Of a DNA stretch of 64,000 nucleotides, positions 18,808 to 27,234 are shown piece after piece. Position numbers and translations under genes: made by a program. Under the pieces are notes generated by a model, which made no database searches, was not told the DNA's origin, and was given only the letters and a program-made list of their open reading frames with translations. The stretch covers positions 9,707 to 73,706 of the forward strand of contig CABXDN010000005.1 in NCBI GenBank assembly GCA_902511005.1. Reading direction: 5' to 3'. Origin of the DNA: an uncultured Candidatus Poseidoniales archaeon (GTDB lineage Archaea; Thermoplasmatota; Poseidoniia; Poseidoniales; Thalassarchaeaceae). Numbering within the stretch: position 1 is the first letter of the stretch; every line of letters begins with the position of its first letter.

Positions 18808-20856
18808 ATGCAATTGTCAGACGGTGAGCAAGATTTAGATGACGAAAAAACCCCTCTTGAGAGTTGGGAAGATGGTGCTGCGTTTGGCGTGGCTGTAGAA
18901 AAAGACCCGATTTGTAAAACACCAGTTGAAGAATGGATAAAGGAAGTTAAGATTAAGTCAACTGCTGATGTACCTATTCCAAAGAATCTAGTCGATCAAG
19001 TAATTGGTCAAGAAGCCGCATCAATAGTTGTTAGGAAAGCAGCGGAGCAAAGAAGGCACGTAATTATGGTCGGCGAACCCGGGACTGGCAAGTCTATGCT
19101 AGCACGTTCCATGACTGAATTTCTTCCCAAAGAACAGTTAGAAGATATTCTTGTATATCGCAATCAAGATGATGAAAACGAGCCCAAAGTAAGGACCGTT
19201 CCTGCAGGTAGGGGTTCAAGAATAATCTCTGAACGTAAAGCATTGATTAGACAACAAAGAGAAAGAACAAACCGTACATTACTATTTATTGTTTTAATCG
19301 TAGGTGCCGCTTTGGTTCTAGCAACGCTCTCAAGTGGTGAAATATTAACCTTAATTTTCGGTTCGTTTTTGCTTATCTTCGGTTACTTTTTCCTTAGAGG
19401 CAGGCTTACTGCTGGTGACGAAGGAAATATTCCTAAATTACTAGTTAAACATGAACGAAATGAAGAACCACCATTCATCGATGCAACAGGAACTCTTGCT
19501 GGGGCTTTACTTGGAGATGTAAGACACGACCCTTTCCAATCAGGTGCAGATTTAGCGACCCCTGCTCATGAAAGAGTAGAACCGGGTGCAGTTCACAGAG
19601 CAAATAAAGGAGTTCTATACATTGATGAAATTCGAATGCTCAGAATGGAAGAACAACAAGCATTGTTAGTTGCGATGCAAGAAAAAGCGTTGTCTATCTC
19701 TGGGCGTTCTGAAAGATCATCGGGAGCTCTCACTAAATCTGAACCTGTTCCCACGGATTTCATACTAATTGCAGCAGGTAATCTAGATAGTATACAAAAT
19801 ATGCATCCCGCTCTAAGGAGTAGAATCAGAGGTTATGGTTATGAAGTATATGTGAATACAGATATGCCCGATACTGATAAAAATCGTCGTCGTTTAGTAA
19901 GGTTCGTTTCACAAGAAGTTGTAAATGAAAGGAAGAAAACTTCAGGTAAACCTATTCCTCATTTCGATATAGAATCTATCGGGCTAATTCTAAAGGAGGC
20001 TCAAAGAAGAAGTGGCCGCCGTGGTCGTTTATCTTTGAGACTGCGTGAATTAGGTGGCTTAGTCAGAATTGCTGGAGATTTAGCCGTGGAAGAAAATGCA
20101 GATTTAACAACGGCATCTCATGTAATTCGTGCTAGAGCAATCGCAAAGCCATTAGAACAACAAGTTGCAGATAGATACCTTGAGCGCCAGGCGGATTATT
20201 CTATGATTGTCAATAAAGGTCACAGAATTGGAAGAGTTAATGGATTAGCTGTTTTAGGCGCTGATTCCGGACTTTCAGATTATTCAGGCGTAGTATTGCC
20301 AGTTGAAGCAATGGTTACTGCAGCACATGGTAGATCAGGTCAAGTAATTGCGACAGGTGGTCTTTCTGATTTAGCAAAGGAATCAGTAACTAACATCAGT
20401 GCAGTAGTTAAAAAATTAACAGGAAACGACATAAAAGATTTTGATATCCATGTTCAATTCCCTGGTACGCACAACGTGGATGGAGACAGTGCTTCGATTA
20501 CTATGGCAACTGCGATAATTAGCGCATTCGAGGGTGTTCCTATTGAGCAGAATCTTGCTATGACTGGTTCACTATCGATAAGAGGGGAAGTTCTTCCAAT
20601 AGGTGGAGTTTCTGCTAAAATAGAAGCAGCTGCAAAATCAGGAATCGAGACTATCATCATCCCTCGTTCTAACATGCAAGATGTACTCATCGATGAAAAA
20701 TATGAATCAATGGTTACCGTAATCCCAGTTGACTCTCTAGATGAGGTGCTAAAACATGCTCTTGTTGGTTCGGAAGAGAAAGTATCTCTGGTGGAAAGGT
20801 TATCGTTGGTTATCGATACTATTTCTAACAGTGGAGATACTCAACCTTCAGCATAA
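18808..20856 (+). CDS. lonB: archaeal membrane-bound Lon protease (LonB)
   Basis: Walker A GEPGTGKSML. Two TM helices are inserted in the AAA+ module (LLFIVLIVGAALVLATL, LTLIFGSFLLIFGYFFL). Protease Ser is in DGDSASITMATAIISA and Lys in GGVSAKIEAA. Confidence 0.9.
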   Translation: MQLSDGEQDLDDEKTPLESWEDGAAFGVAVEKDPICKTPVEEWIKEVKIKSTADVPIPKNLVDQVIGQEAASIVVRKAAEQRRHVIMVGEPGTGKSMLARSMTEFLPKEQLEDILVYRNQDDENEPKVRTVPAGRGSRIISERKALIRQQRERTNRTLLFIVLIVGAALVLATLSSGEILTLIFGSFLLIFGYFFLRGRLTAGDEGNIPKLLVKHERNEEPPFIDATGTLAGALLGDVRHDPFQSGADLATPAHERVEPGAVHRANKGVLYIDEIRMLRMEEQQALLVAMQEKALSISGRSERSSGALTKSEPVPTDFILIAAGNLDSIQNMHPALRSRIRGYGYEVYVNTDMPDTDKNRRRLVRFVSQEVVNERKKTSGKPIPHFDIESIGLILKEAQRRSGRRGRLSLRLRELGGLVRIAGDLAVEENADLTTASHVIRARAIAKPLEQQVADRYLERQADYSMIVNKGHRIGRVNGLAVLGADSGLSDYSGVVLPVEAMVTAAHGRSGQVIATGGLSDLAKESVTNISAVVKKLTGNDIKDFDIHVQFPGTHNVDGDSASITMATAIISAFEGVPIEQNLAMTGSLSIRGEVLPIGGVSAKIEAAAKSGIETIIIPRSNMQDVLIDEKYESMVTVIPVDSLDEVLKHALVGSEEKVSLVERLSLVIDTISNSGDTQPSA

Positions 20857-20900
20857 CTCTGTACTCAATACTAAGTATTGTACCTTCACGGTTTGAATGT

Positions 20901-22241
20901 ATGAGATCAGTAGAGGGTGAGAAGTCTCCAATGGGGATTTTATTCCTAGTTGTTTTTATCGATATGTTAGGGTTCACCTTAGTTATTCCATTTCTAACTT
21001 ATTTCATCCAAGATCTCGCTTCAGCGGAAGGAATTGTAGATATTGGGAGGAGAGATTTGTGGGTAGGTGTGGTAATTTCTTGTTACTCAATTGCACAGTT
21101 TATTTTCACACCAATTCTTGGAGCATTAAGTGATAGATATGGTCGTCGACCGATATTAATTTTCGGTTTAATATCCAATTCAATATTTTTCATAGTTTTC
21201 GGTCTTTCTGAAAGTATCACTATGGCAATAATTGCTAGATTTTTATCCGGAGCAGGTAATGGTAATATTGCGGTAGCTAGGGCATATATTGGAGACATTA
21301 GTGAACCTAATATGATATCTCGTCGTATGGGGATGATTGGAGCCGCCTTTGGCCTCGGTTTCATGATAGGTCCATTTATTGGTGGCATTTTATCCGACCC
21401 TGCCACGACTTTAGGTGGCCCTTTTGAGACCTTATTTTGGGTAGAACATCCCTATTTATTGCCATGTATATTCTCCAGTATCCTTTCATTAATTTCTCTT
21501 TCATTAGCTATAACTAGGCTGCCTGAGAGTCTTCCGGTGGAATCTAGAACTATTTCTACAGGTACACCTTTAACAAAGTTCAGTGAAATTTTCACTAATA
21601 TTCTCAAAGTTATGAAACTTCCTAATATATCCACTTTAATTCTGGCCAATTTTCTCTTTATGGTTGGTTTTAGTATGATGCATGGCACATTTATTTTGTT
21701 TACTGCGATGGAAATTGAAAACGGTGGTTTAGGATTTGATGAGATGCAAAACGGATGGATATTCGCCTTTATTGGCCTATTAGGGGTCATTGTTCAAGGA
21801 GGACTTATTGGTAAATTAACAGATAGATTCAACATGAAAGGTTTGATGATATGCGGGACTTTTCTATCGGGTTTAGGGATTGCTAGTTTGCCTTATGTCC
21901 CATCCAATATTAGCTGGCTTGTATTCGTTAGTTCAGCAGCATTGGCCATAGGTAATGCGTTATTCTCCCCTACACAATCTTCATTGTTAACCTTCGAAAG
22001 TAATAATGCTGGTTATGAATTAGGGACGGTTATGGGCGCCCAAGAGGGGTACGGAGCGTTGGCTAGAATTATTGGGCCTCTTCTTGCTGCTTATATTTGG
22101 TCTCTAACAGTCGAAGGAGTTGGTTTATGGACTTACCATACTTGCTTTATAGTGGCGGGTTTTGTTTTTCTATTGGCATTATTGCTTCAATTAAAGATTA
22201 AGTTTAGTACAGATTCTCAAGGTAATGCATTAGGTGAGTAG
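20901..22241 (+). CDS. major facilitator superfamily transporter
   Basis: Polytopic, about 12 TM helices, with MFS motif A GALSDRYGRRPILI. Confidence 0.85.
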   Translation: MRSVEGEKSPMGILFLVVFIDMLGFTLVIPFLTYFIQDLASAEGIVDIGRRDLWVGVVISCYSIAQFIFTPILGALSDRYGRRPILIFGLISNSIFFIVFGLSESITMAIIARFLSGAGNGNIAVARAYIGDISEPNMISRRMGMIGAAFGLGFMIGPFIGGILSDPATTLGGPFETLFWVEHPYLLPCIFSSILSLISLSLAITRLPESLPVESRTISTGTPLTKFSEIFTNILKVMKLPNISTLILANFLFMVGFSMMHGTFILFTAMEIENGGLGFDEMQNGWIFAFIGLLGVIVQGGLIGKLTDRFNMKGLMICGTFLSGLGIASLPYVPSNISWLVFVSSAALAIGNALFSPTQSSLLTFESNNAGYELGTVMGAQEGYGALARIIGPLLAAYIWSLTVEGVGLWTYHTCFIVAGFVFLLALLLQLKIKFSTDSQGNALGE

Positions 22242-22246
22242 CAAAT

Positions 22247-23074
22247 ATGGAAATCATAATTCCTGCAGTTATTGCACATGGTGGTGCTGGTCCGGGACCA
22301 AATCGTCAAGAGAATCTAGAGGTAGCGGTACAAAAAGCAGCTAACATTCTCAAATCAGGTGGAAATGCCCTTGAGGCTGCAGTGGAAGCGTGTGTAATTT
22401 TAGAAGATGATCCTGTTTTTAATGCGGGTACAGGCAGTGTTATCCGTACTGATGGATCAGTTTTAACAGATGCATCAATACAGATAGGAGATGGTAGAGT
22501 AGGTTTCGTAATAGCAATGGAAGATACACCAAATCCCATTAGAGTTGCAGCTGATTTACTTGATGAGGAAATAAATGGATTAACTTCTGAAGGCGCTAGA
22601 ATATGGGCCGACAATAGAGGTCATCAGAGATCTAAAGTCGCTGGCAGGTCACCCGAGGGGCAGATAGGCGATATTAACACTGAAATTATGGGGGATACAG
22701 TAGGGGTTATTGCTAGAGACAGTAGTGGCATGATTGTCGTCGCTACAAGCACGGGAGGGTGTAGTTTCCGTCCCCCTGGTAGAGTTGGCGATGTCCCTCT
22801 TCCAGGTTCAGGTTTTTGGGCTGAAGATTGTTTAGCAGTTGCAGCAACAGGTATTGGAGAAGCAATTACTAGGGCGCTTTTGAGTAATAAAGTATATGAG
22901 CGTATAAAAAATGAAGAAGTATCTTTAGAAGATTCTATGGAATGGGGTATTCGGACTTTGATATCTCCTGAGCATTCTGTCGGACTAATTGCTTTAGGGT
23001 CAACCGGAGCCGGTATTGGCGTAGCTAATACGGATATGCCATGGGCTACATGGGAAGCTGAATCTAATGGTTAA
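22247..23074 (+). CDS. isoaspartyl peptidase / plant-type L-asparaginase (Ntn hydrolase)
   Basis: AHGGAG near the N-terminus. Autoprocessing and nucleophile context MGDTVGVIARD. Also TSTGG and GDVPLPGSG. Confidence 0.85.
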   Translation: MEIIIPAVIAHGGAGPGPNRQENLEVAVQKAANILKSGGNALEAAVEACVILEDDPVFNAGTGSVIRTDGSVLTDASIQIGDGRVGFVIAMEDTPNPIRVAADLLDEEINGLTSEGARIWADNRGHQRSKVAGRSPEGQIGDINTEIMGDTVGVIARDSSGMIVVATSTGGCSFRPPGRVGDVPLPGSGFWAEDCLAVAATGIGEAITRALLSNKVYERIKNEEVSLEDSMEWGIRTLISPEHSVGLIALGSTGAGIGVANTDMPWATWEAESNG

Positions 23075-23135
23075 ATTTACTTTGATTCGGGGATGCGCTT
23101 AAGGACATGAGTTTTGCCGACAGTTCAGTGATAGC

Positions 23136-23414
23136 ATGTCTGACATCGAATCTCGCATCCAACAGATTGCATCTGTACTAGGTCAACTTGACGATTCCCA
23201 AGTTCCCCGAAATATTCGTTCTTCTGCTAAAGAAGTCGTAGACAAATGGTTATTGAATAAAGATAAACAGATGGATTTGAGACTTGGAATGACAGCGTCA
23301 ACTCTTGATGATATATTCAATGATGCGAATTTACCTCTTTATTTTGGCCCCTTATGTCTGCAGATACAAACTGCTCTGGAGACACTTCTAACAGAAGTGC
23401 GCCGTAGTAAATAA
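23136..23414 (+). CDS. UPF0147-family small helical archaeal protein
   Basis: 92 aa. QIASVLGQLDDSQVPRNIRSSAKE matches the conserved ...D.SVPRNIRRAA.E block of that family (from memory). Confidence 0.55.
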   Translation: MSDIESRIQQIASVLGQLDDSQVPRNIRSSAKEVVDKWLLNKDKQMDLRLGMTASTLDDIFNDANLPLYFGPLCLQIQTALETLLTEVRRSK

Positions 23415-23499
23415 TTATCAAAGTTATAATTTAACTTTAATCAAAGTTAATTATTAGGTAAAAAGAATGTTGATAATGTGTAATTTACTCGAATTAAAT

Positions 23500-23700
23500 C
23501 AAGTACTTCGGCGTTCTACTGCCTTCAATCTTAGATTGGTGTATTTACACTTTCGGCAGCAACGAGGTTTTGATCCACGGTGTGTTGCCGAGCACTTCAT
23601 GCATATCCACTTCTTGAGAAGACGAGCCTCTGCTACACTGTGACGTTGAGCCATATAGTCAAGCCGAACTGCCTACCCTTGATAATCGCTTTGCTGAGTA
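23500..23700. ncRNA. candidate structured non-coding RNA of unknown class (boundaries and strand uncertain)
   Basis: This is the largest gene-free gap in the window (364 bp) and its core is visibly richer in G+C than the flanks. A long imperfect helix pairs 23576-23592 with 23628-23642 and encloses the hairpin CTTC-TTGA-GAAG (23610-23621). It is flanked by GGC/GCC (23555-57 / 23650-52) and ACG/CGT (23562-64 / 23644-46) pairs around an AGCA/TGA internal loop. There are also hairpins at 23526-23538 and 23539-23550. Confidence 0.35.
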
Positions 23701-23778
23701 TTTCATCTATATATTGGTATTATTTTCAAGATTTCTAGACCGAACTATTCATTCGCCTTCGGCTCAGCCGAACCTAAT

Positions 23779-25125
23779 GTGCCAGCGAATATTGTACTAG
23801 GTGCCCAATGGGGAGATGAAGGAAAAGGTAAGGCAATTGACCAATTAGCACCCAATTCGACGTGGGCAGTTCGCTTCCAAGGAGGCAATAATGCTGGCCA
23901 TACTATTGTTTTAGGGGATACTACCCTTAAACTGCATCAAATTCCTTCGGGTGTCACTTCTATGGATTGTAATTTAGTTCTTGGTGACGGTATGGTGATT
24001 GACCCCTGGGTTCTCGAAGAAGAACTAGAAAGATGGTTCTCACTCACTAAAGAAAGGCCCGAAGGGAAGAGGCTGTTTATCAGTGAGAGAGCATCTGTAA
24101 TTTTACCATTCCACAGGTTGTATGACTCTGCTGATAAGATAGTTGGCACCACAGGTAGAGGAATAGGTCCTGCTTACAGAGATAGAATCGAAAGAGTAGG
24201 TATCCGTTTCTGTGATATTACTGGAATCATTCCTGATGATGAGAAGCTCTCTGCTATTGCTATTCGGATGAATAAACAATTAGATTCAGTAGGTGTTTCT
24301 GAAAAGATAGATCCAGAATCTCTCAAATCAGATTTACAATGGATACTCGATAGGTATCCTGATACAATTAGGCCTACTGGCCTAATGGTAGATTTTGCTT
24401 TACAAAATGGCGAACAAATACTACTCGAAGGCGCTCAAGGTGCTATGTTAGACATTGATCAAGGGACGTATCCATTCGTCACCTCTTCTGTAACCAGTCG
24501 CGCAAATGCCACACATGGTGCAGGAATTCATCCAGGACATGTAGAACAGTGTTTTGGAATTACTAAAGCATATACTACCAGGGTGGGTAATGGCCCATTC
24601 CCCTCTGAATTATCTCTTGATGGAGGTCCAGGACAACATATGGCACAAGTAGGTCATGAATACGGAACAACTACTGGTCGCCCTCGTAGGACTGGTTGGT
24701 TAGATATGGTTGCATTACGAGATGCTCACAGATTCAACGGATACACCGGCCTCGTAGTGACGAAACTCGATGTTCTTGGAGGTTTAGATGAAATTAAAAT
24801 ATGCATAGGTTATGACTTCGATGGAAAAGTAATCAAATATTTCCCTACAACATCTGATGAAGTTGCTCGATGTAAACCCATTTACGAGACTCATGAAGGA
24901 TTCCCAGCACTCTCTGATGAGGAATGGATTTCTATGGCAGATATCTCCCGTTCAGAGGGCACAGGATATGCAGCCATGCCTGAAAAAGTTCGACATATTG
25001 TGGAAAGAATTGAACATTTATCTGGAATTCCTGTTGTTAGTGTTGGTGTTGGACCTGATAGGAAGGCCTCAATCGCCAAGGTAAATGGACCCTTTGATGT
25101 ACCTTCCGAAGAGGTAACGTTCTAA
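23779..25125 (+). CDS. purA: adenylosuccinate synthetase
   Basis: GAQWGDEGKGK, GGNNAGHT, TTGRGIGPAY and GTTTGRPRR. GTG start; the nearby ATG at 23777 is out of frame. Confidence 0.93.
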   Translation: MPANIVLGAQWGDEGKGKAIDQLAPNSTWAVRFQGGNNAGHTIVLGDTTLKLHQIPSGVTSMDCNLVLGDGMVIDPWVLEEELERWFSLTKERPEGKRLFISERASVILPFHRLYDSADKIVGTTGRGIGPAYRDRIERVGIRFCDITGIIPDDEKLSAIAIRMNKQLDSVGVSEKIDPESLKSDLQWILDRYPDTIRPTGLMVDFALQNGEQILLEGAQGAMLDIDQGTYPFVTSSVTSRANATHGAGIHPGHVEQCFGITKAYTTRVGNGPFPSELSLDGGPGQHMAQVGHEYGTTTGRPRRTGWLDMVALRDAHRFNGYTGLVVTKLDVLGGLDEIKICIGYDFDGKVIKYFPTTSDEVARCKPIYETHEGFPALSDEEWISMADISRSEGTGYAAMPEKVRHIVERIEHLSGIPVVSVGVGPDRKASIAKVNGPFDVPSEEVTF

Positions 25126-25149
25126 TCCAAAGTTCATTTCCGAATACTC

Positions 25150-25437
25150 ATGGGATTCAAATCCAGAGCTAAAAAGAAGCAAAAAGAAGCTTCAGACGCA
25201 AAAGGTCCTTCTGTAAAAGTCAAAGAAGAATATTCCGGAGAAGTTCGTTGTGACGTTGCTGATTGTGATAATTGGGCGGATAAGAAAATAGGCGGAAGGA
25301 AGCTTGCTTTTGATAGAGCAGCAGATGTTTGGGGTGAAGATGGGCTTCAAGGAAGTTCACGTAGAGTAACTGTTTGTAAGTCATGTTACAAGGAATGGAA
25401 AAAGGCAAAGAAAGATGACCCTAATGAATGGGGTTGA
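25150..25437 (+). CDS. small Lys-rich protein with a C-x4-C ... C-x2-C putative zinc-ribbon
   Basis: 95 aa with a basic N-terminus (KSRAKKKQKE). Cysteines lie in RCDVADCDNW and VCKSCYKEWKK. Confidence 0.5.
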   Translation: MGFKSRAKKKQKEASDAKGPSVKVKEEYSGEVRCDVADCDNWADKKIGGRKLAFDRAADVWGEDGLQGSSRRVTVCKSCYKEWKKAKKDDPNEWG

Positions 25438-25496
25438 ATTAACACCCAGTTTTTCTATTAGTAATGATAAAATGCATTATGCAATAGCATCGCAAT

Positions 25497-27116
25497 ATGA
25501 ACCATCCTGTTAATGAACCTATTCTTGGATACTCACCTGGTAGTCAGGAGAGAATTGATATTCAGAATGAACTCGACAGACAGATGAATGAGGTCTTAGA
25601 AATCCCCTGTATTGTTAATGGTAAAGAAATATTTACCGGCGTAACTACTACTCAAGTAATACCTCACAACCACGGTCATATCATTGCTAAAGTTCATTTA
25701 GCGGGTAAAGCAGAAATGGAAGAGGCGTGTGAAGCGGCAGTTAATGCTCAAAAGTCTTGGATAGATATAGGTTTAGAGAGAAGATGTGAAATTTTTGAAA
25801 GATCTGCTGACTTATTGGCAGGTGAATGGCGCATGAAGGTGAATGCATCTACTATGCTTAATCAATCGAAAACAGTATTTCAAGCAGAGATTGATGCGGC
25901 TTGTGAATTAATTGATTTCTGGCGCTTTAACTGCCATTATGCGCGTGGATTTCATGATGATTTCCAGCCTTTAGTATCTCCAGAAGGTGTTATTAATTCA
26001 ACTGAGATCAGGCCTTTGGAAGGTTTTGTTCTTTCAATTACTCCATTTAATTTCACAAGCATTGCTGCTAATCTACCCAGTGCTCCAGCAATAGTCGGAT
26101 GTACCTCTATTTGGAAACCAAGTCGTAATTCGTATTACTCGAATTATATTTTGATGCAATTAATGATGGAAGCAGGATTACCAGATGGTGTAATAAATTT
26201 CCTCCCTGGTTCTGGTGCAGAAATTACAGAAGTTGCTTTATCTAATCCTGATTTTGCGGGATTACATTTTACAGGATCGACAGCAACTTTCCAAGGACTG
26301 TGGCAAGAAATAGGTCTTGCTTTACCCAATCTTCGCTCTTATCCTCGAATTGTTGGCGAAACTGGAGGGAAAGATTTCGTAGTCGCCCATCCTAATTGTG
26401 ATCATAGAGGATTATTAGTTGCTTTACTTAGAGGTTCATTCGAATATCAAGGTCAGAAATGTTCTGCTGCAAGCCGAGCTTACGTCCCCGAATCCGTTTG
26501 GAATTCGATTTCCAGTGATTTATGTGCTGAAATTAGAAAAATCAAGATGGGTGACGCTCGGGATTTCACAAATTTCATGACTGCCGTGATAGATAAAAGA
26601 TCATTCGATAAGATAACAGGATATATTGACAGAGCTAAGAAAGACGAATCCTGTGATGTGATTGTCGGTGGCAATTATGAGGATTCAGTAGGGTGGTTTA
26701 TTGAACCAACAATTATAGTGACATCTAATCCTAAATCAGAGACAATGGTAGATGAGATATTCGGCCCCGTTCTAACCGTCTATGTATATGAGGACAATAT
26801 GTTTGATGAAGTACTAACATTGTGTGATGAATCATCTCCATACGCACTTACAGGGTCAATCTTTGCTAATGATGAATCTGATGTACAGAAAGCATTCAAT
26901 GCGCTTAGATTTACGGCAGGTAATTTCTATATTAATGACAAGCCAACAGGAGCCGTAGTCGCTCAACAACCGTTTGGTGGCGCTAGAGCGAGTGGTACCA
27001 ATGACAAAGCCGGTGGGCCGTTGAACTTGTTAAGATGGATAAGTCCCCGTTCAATTAAGAGAACATTAGAGACTCCACAAGATTGGGATTATCAATTCAT
27101 GCAACCTGATAACTAA
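25497..27116 (+). CDS. 1-pyrroline-5-carboxylate (L-glutamate gamma-semialdehyde) dehydrogenase
   Basis: 539 aa ALDH with GETGGKDFVVAHP (Glu) and EYQGQKCSAASRAYVP (Cys), typical of PruA/RocA-type P5CDH. Confidence 0.82.
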   Translation: MNHPVNEPILGYSPGSQERIDIQNELDRQMNEVLEIPCIVNGKEIFTGVTTTQVIPHNHGHIIAKVHLAGKAEMEEACEAAVNAQKSWIDIGLERRCEIFERSADLLAGEWRMKVNASTMLNQSKTVFQAEIDAACELIDFWRFNCHYARGFHDDFQPLVSPEGVINSTEIRPLEGFVLSITPFNFTSIAANLPSAPAIVGCTSIWKPSRNSYYSNYILMQLMMEAGLPDGVINFLPGSGAEITEVALSNPDFAGLHFTGSTATFQGLWQEIGLALPNLRSYPRIVGETGGKDFVVAHPNCDHRGLLVALLRGSFEYQGQKCSAASRAYVPESVWNSISSDLCAEIRKIKMGDARDFTNFMTAVIDKRSFDKITGYIDRAKKDESCDVIVGGNYEDSVGWFIEPTIIVTSNPKSETMVDEIFGPVLTVYVYEDNMFDEVLTLCDESSPYALTGSIFANDESDVQKAFNALRFTAGNFYINDKPTGAVVAQQPFGGARASGTNDKAGGPLNLLRWISPRSIKRTLETPQDWDYQFMQPDN

Positions 27117-27147
27117 GGGAATATATTCAATAGCCTAATCTCAGTCC

Positions 27148-27234
27148 TTAATAGTGGGGAGCTTTTTGCTGAGAGGTTACGAAAGTAACGACCCTTTGAC
27201 CTGATCTGGTTAATGCCAGCGGAGGAATTGAAAA
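27148..27234 (+). promoter_or_regulatory. TPP (THI-box) riboswitch
   Basis: GGGGAGC-TTTTT-GCTGAGA-[GGTTAC GAAA GTAACG]-ACCC-TTT-GACCTGATCTGGTTAATGCCAGCGGAGGAA. This matches the conserved TPP aptamer core (GGGG..CUGAGA..ACCC..ACCUGAUCUGG.UAAUGCCAGCG.AGGGA). A weak AU-rich P1 forms between ~27148-27155 and ~27227-27234. A GGAGGA Shine-Dalgarno-like element lies inside the aptamer 3' side. Confidence 0.88.

Noticed and set aside
18650-18922. Small ORFs 18650-18838 (+) and 18734-18922 (-) at the surface-protein/lonB junction
   Set aside because: They overlap the ends of two well-supported genes and have no motifs. They are probably spurious.
23467-23643. 58-codon plus-strand ORF (MLIMCNLLELNQVLRRSTAFNLRLVYLHFRQQRGFDPRCVAEHFMHIHFLRRRASATL) inside the large gene-free interval
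   Set aside because: Its Arg/His/Cys/Phe-rich composition is unlike the acidic proteome of this window, and I recognise no motif. It coincides exactly with the base-paired, GC-enriched core, so it is better explained as a structured RNA read in one frame.
23500-23700. Assigning the candidate RNA to SRP (7S) RNA or RNase P RNA
   Set aside because: Only fragments resemble known motifs: GGCAGCAACG versus the helix-8 AGCA, TGTAAT versus the Alu-domain UGUAAU, and minus-strand GGGTAGGC..GCTTGA versus RNase P. The AGCA is not 3' of a GNAR tetraloop hairpin. There is no GAGGAAAGUCC / ACAGAA P4 pair. The GC-rich core (about 200 nt) is short for either RNA. The class is left open.
27213-27233. ORF-track start codon of the SSS transporter at 27213
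   Set aside because: That ATG is part of the invariant UAAUGCCAGCG of the TPP aptamer. The in-frame ATG at 27234, 8 nt after GGAGGA, is the more plausible start.
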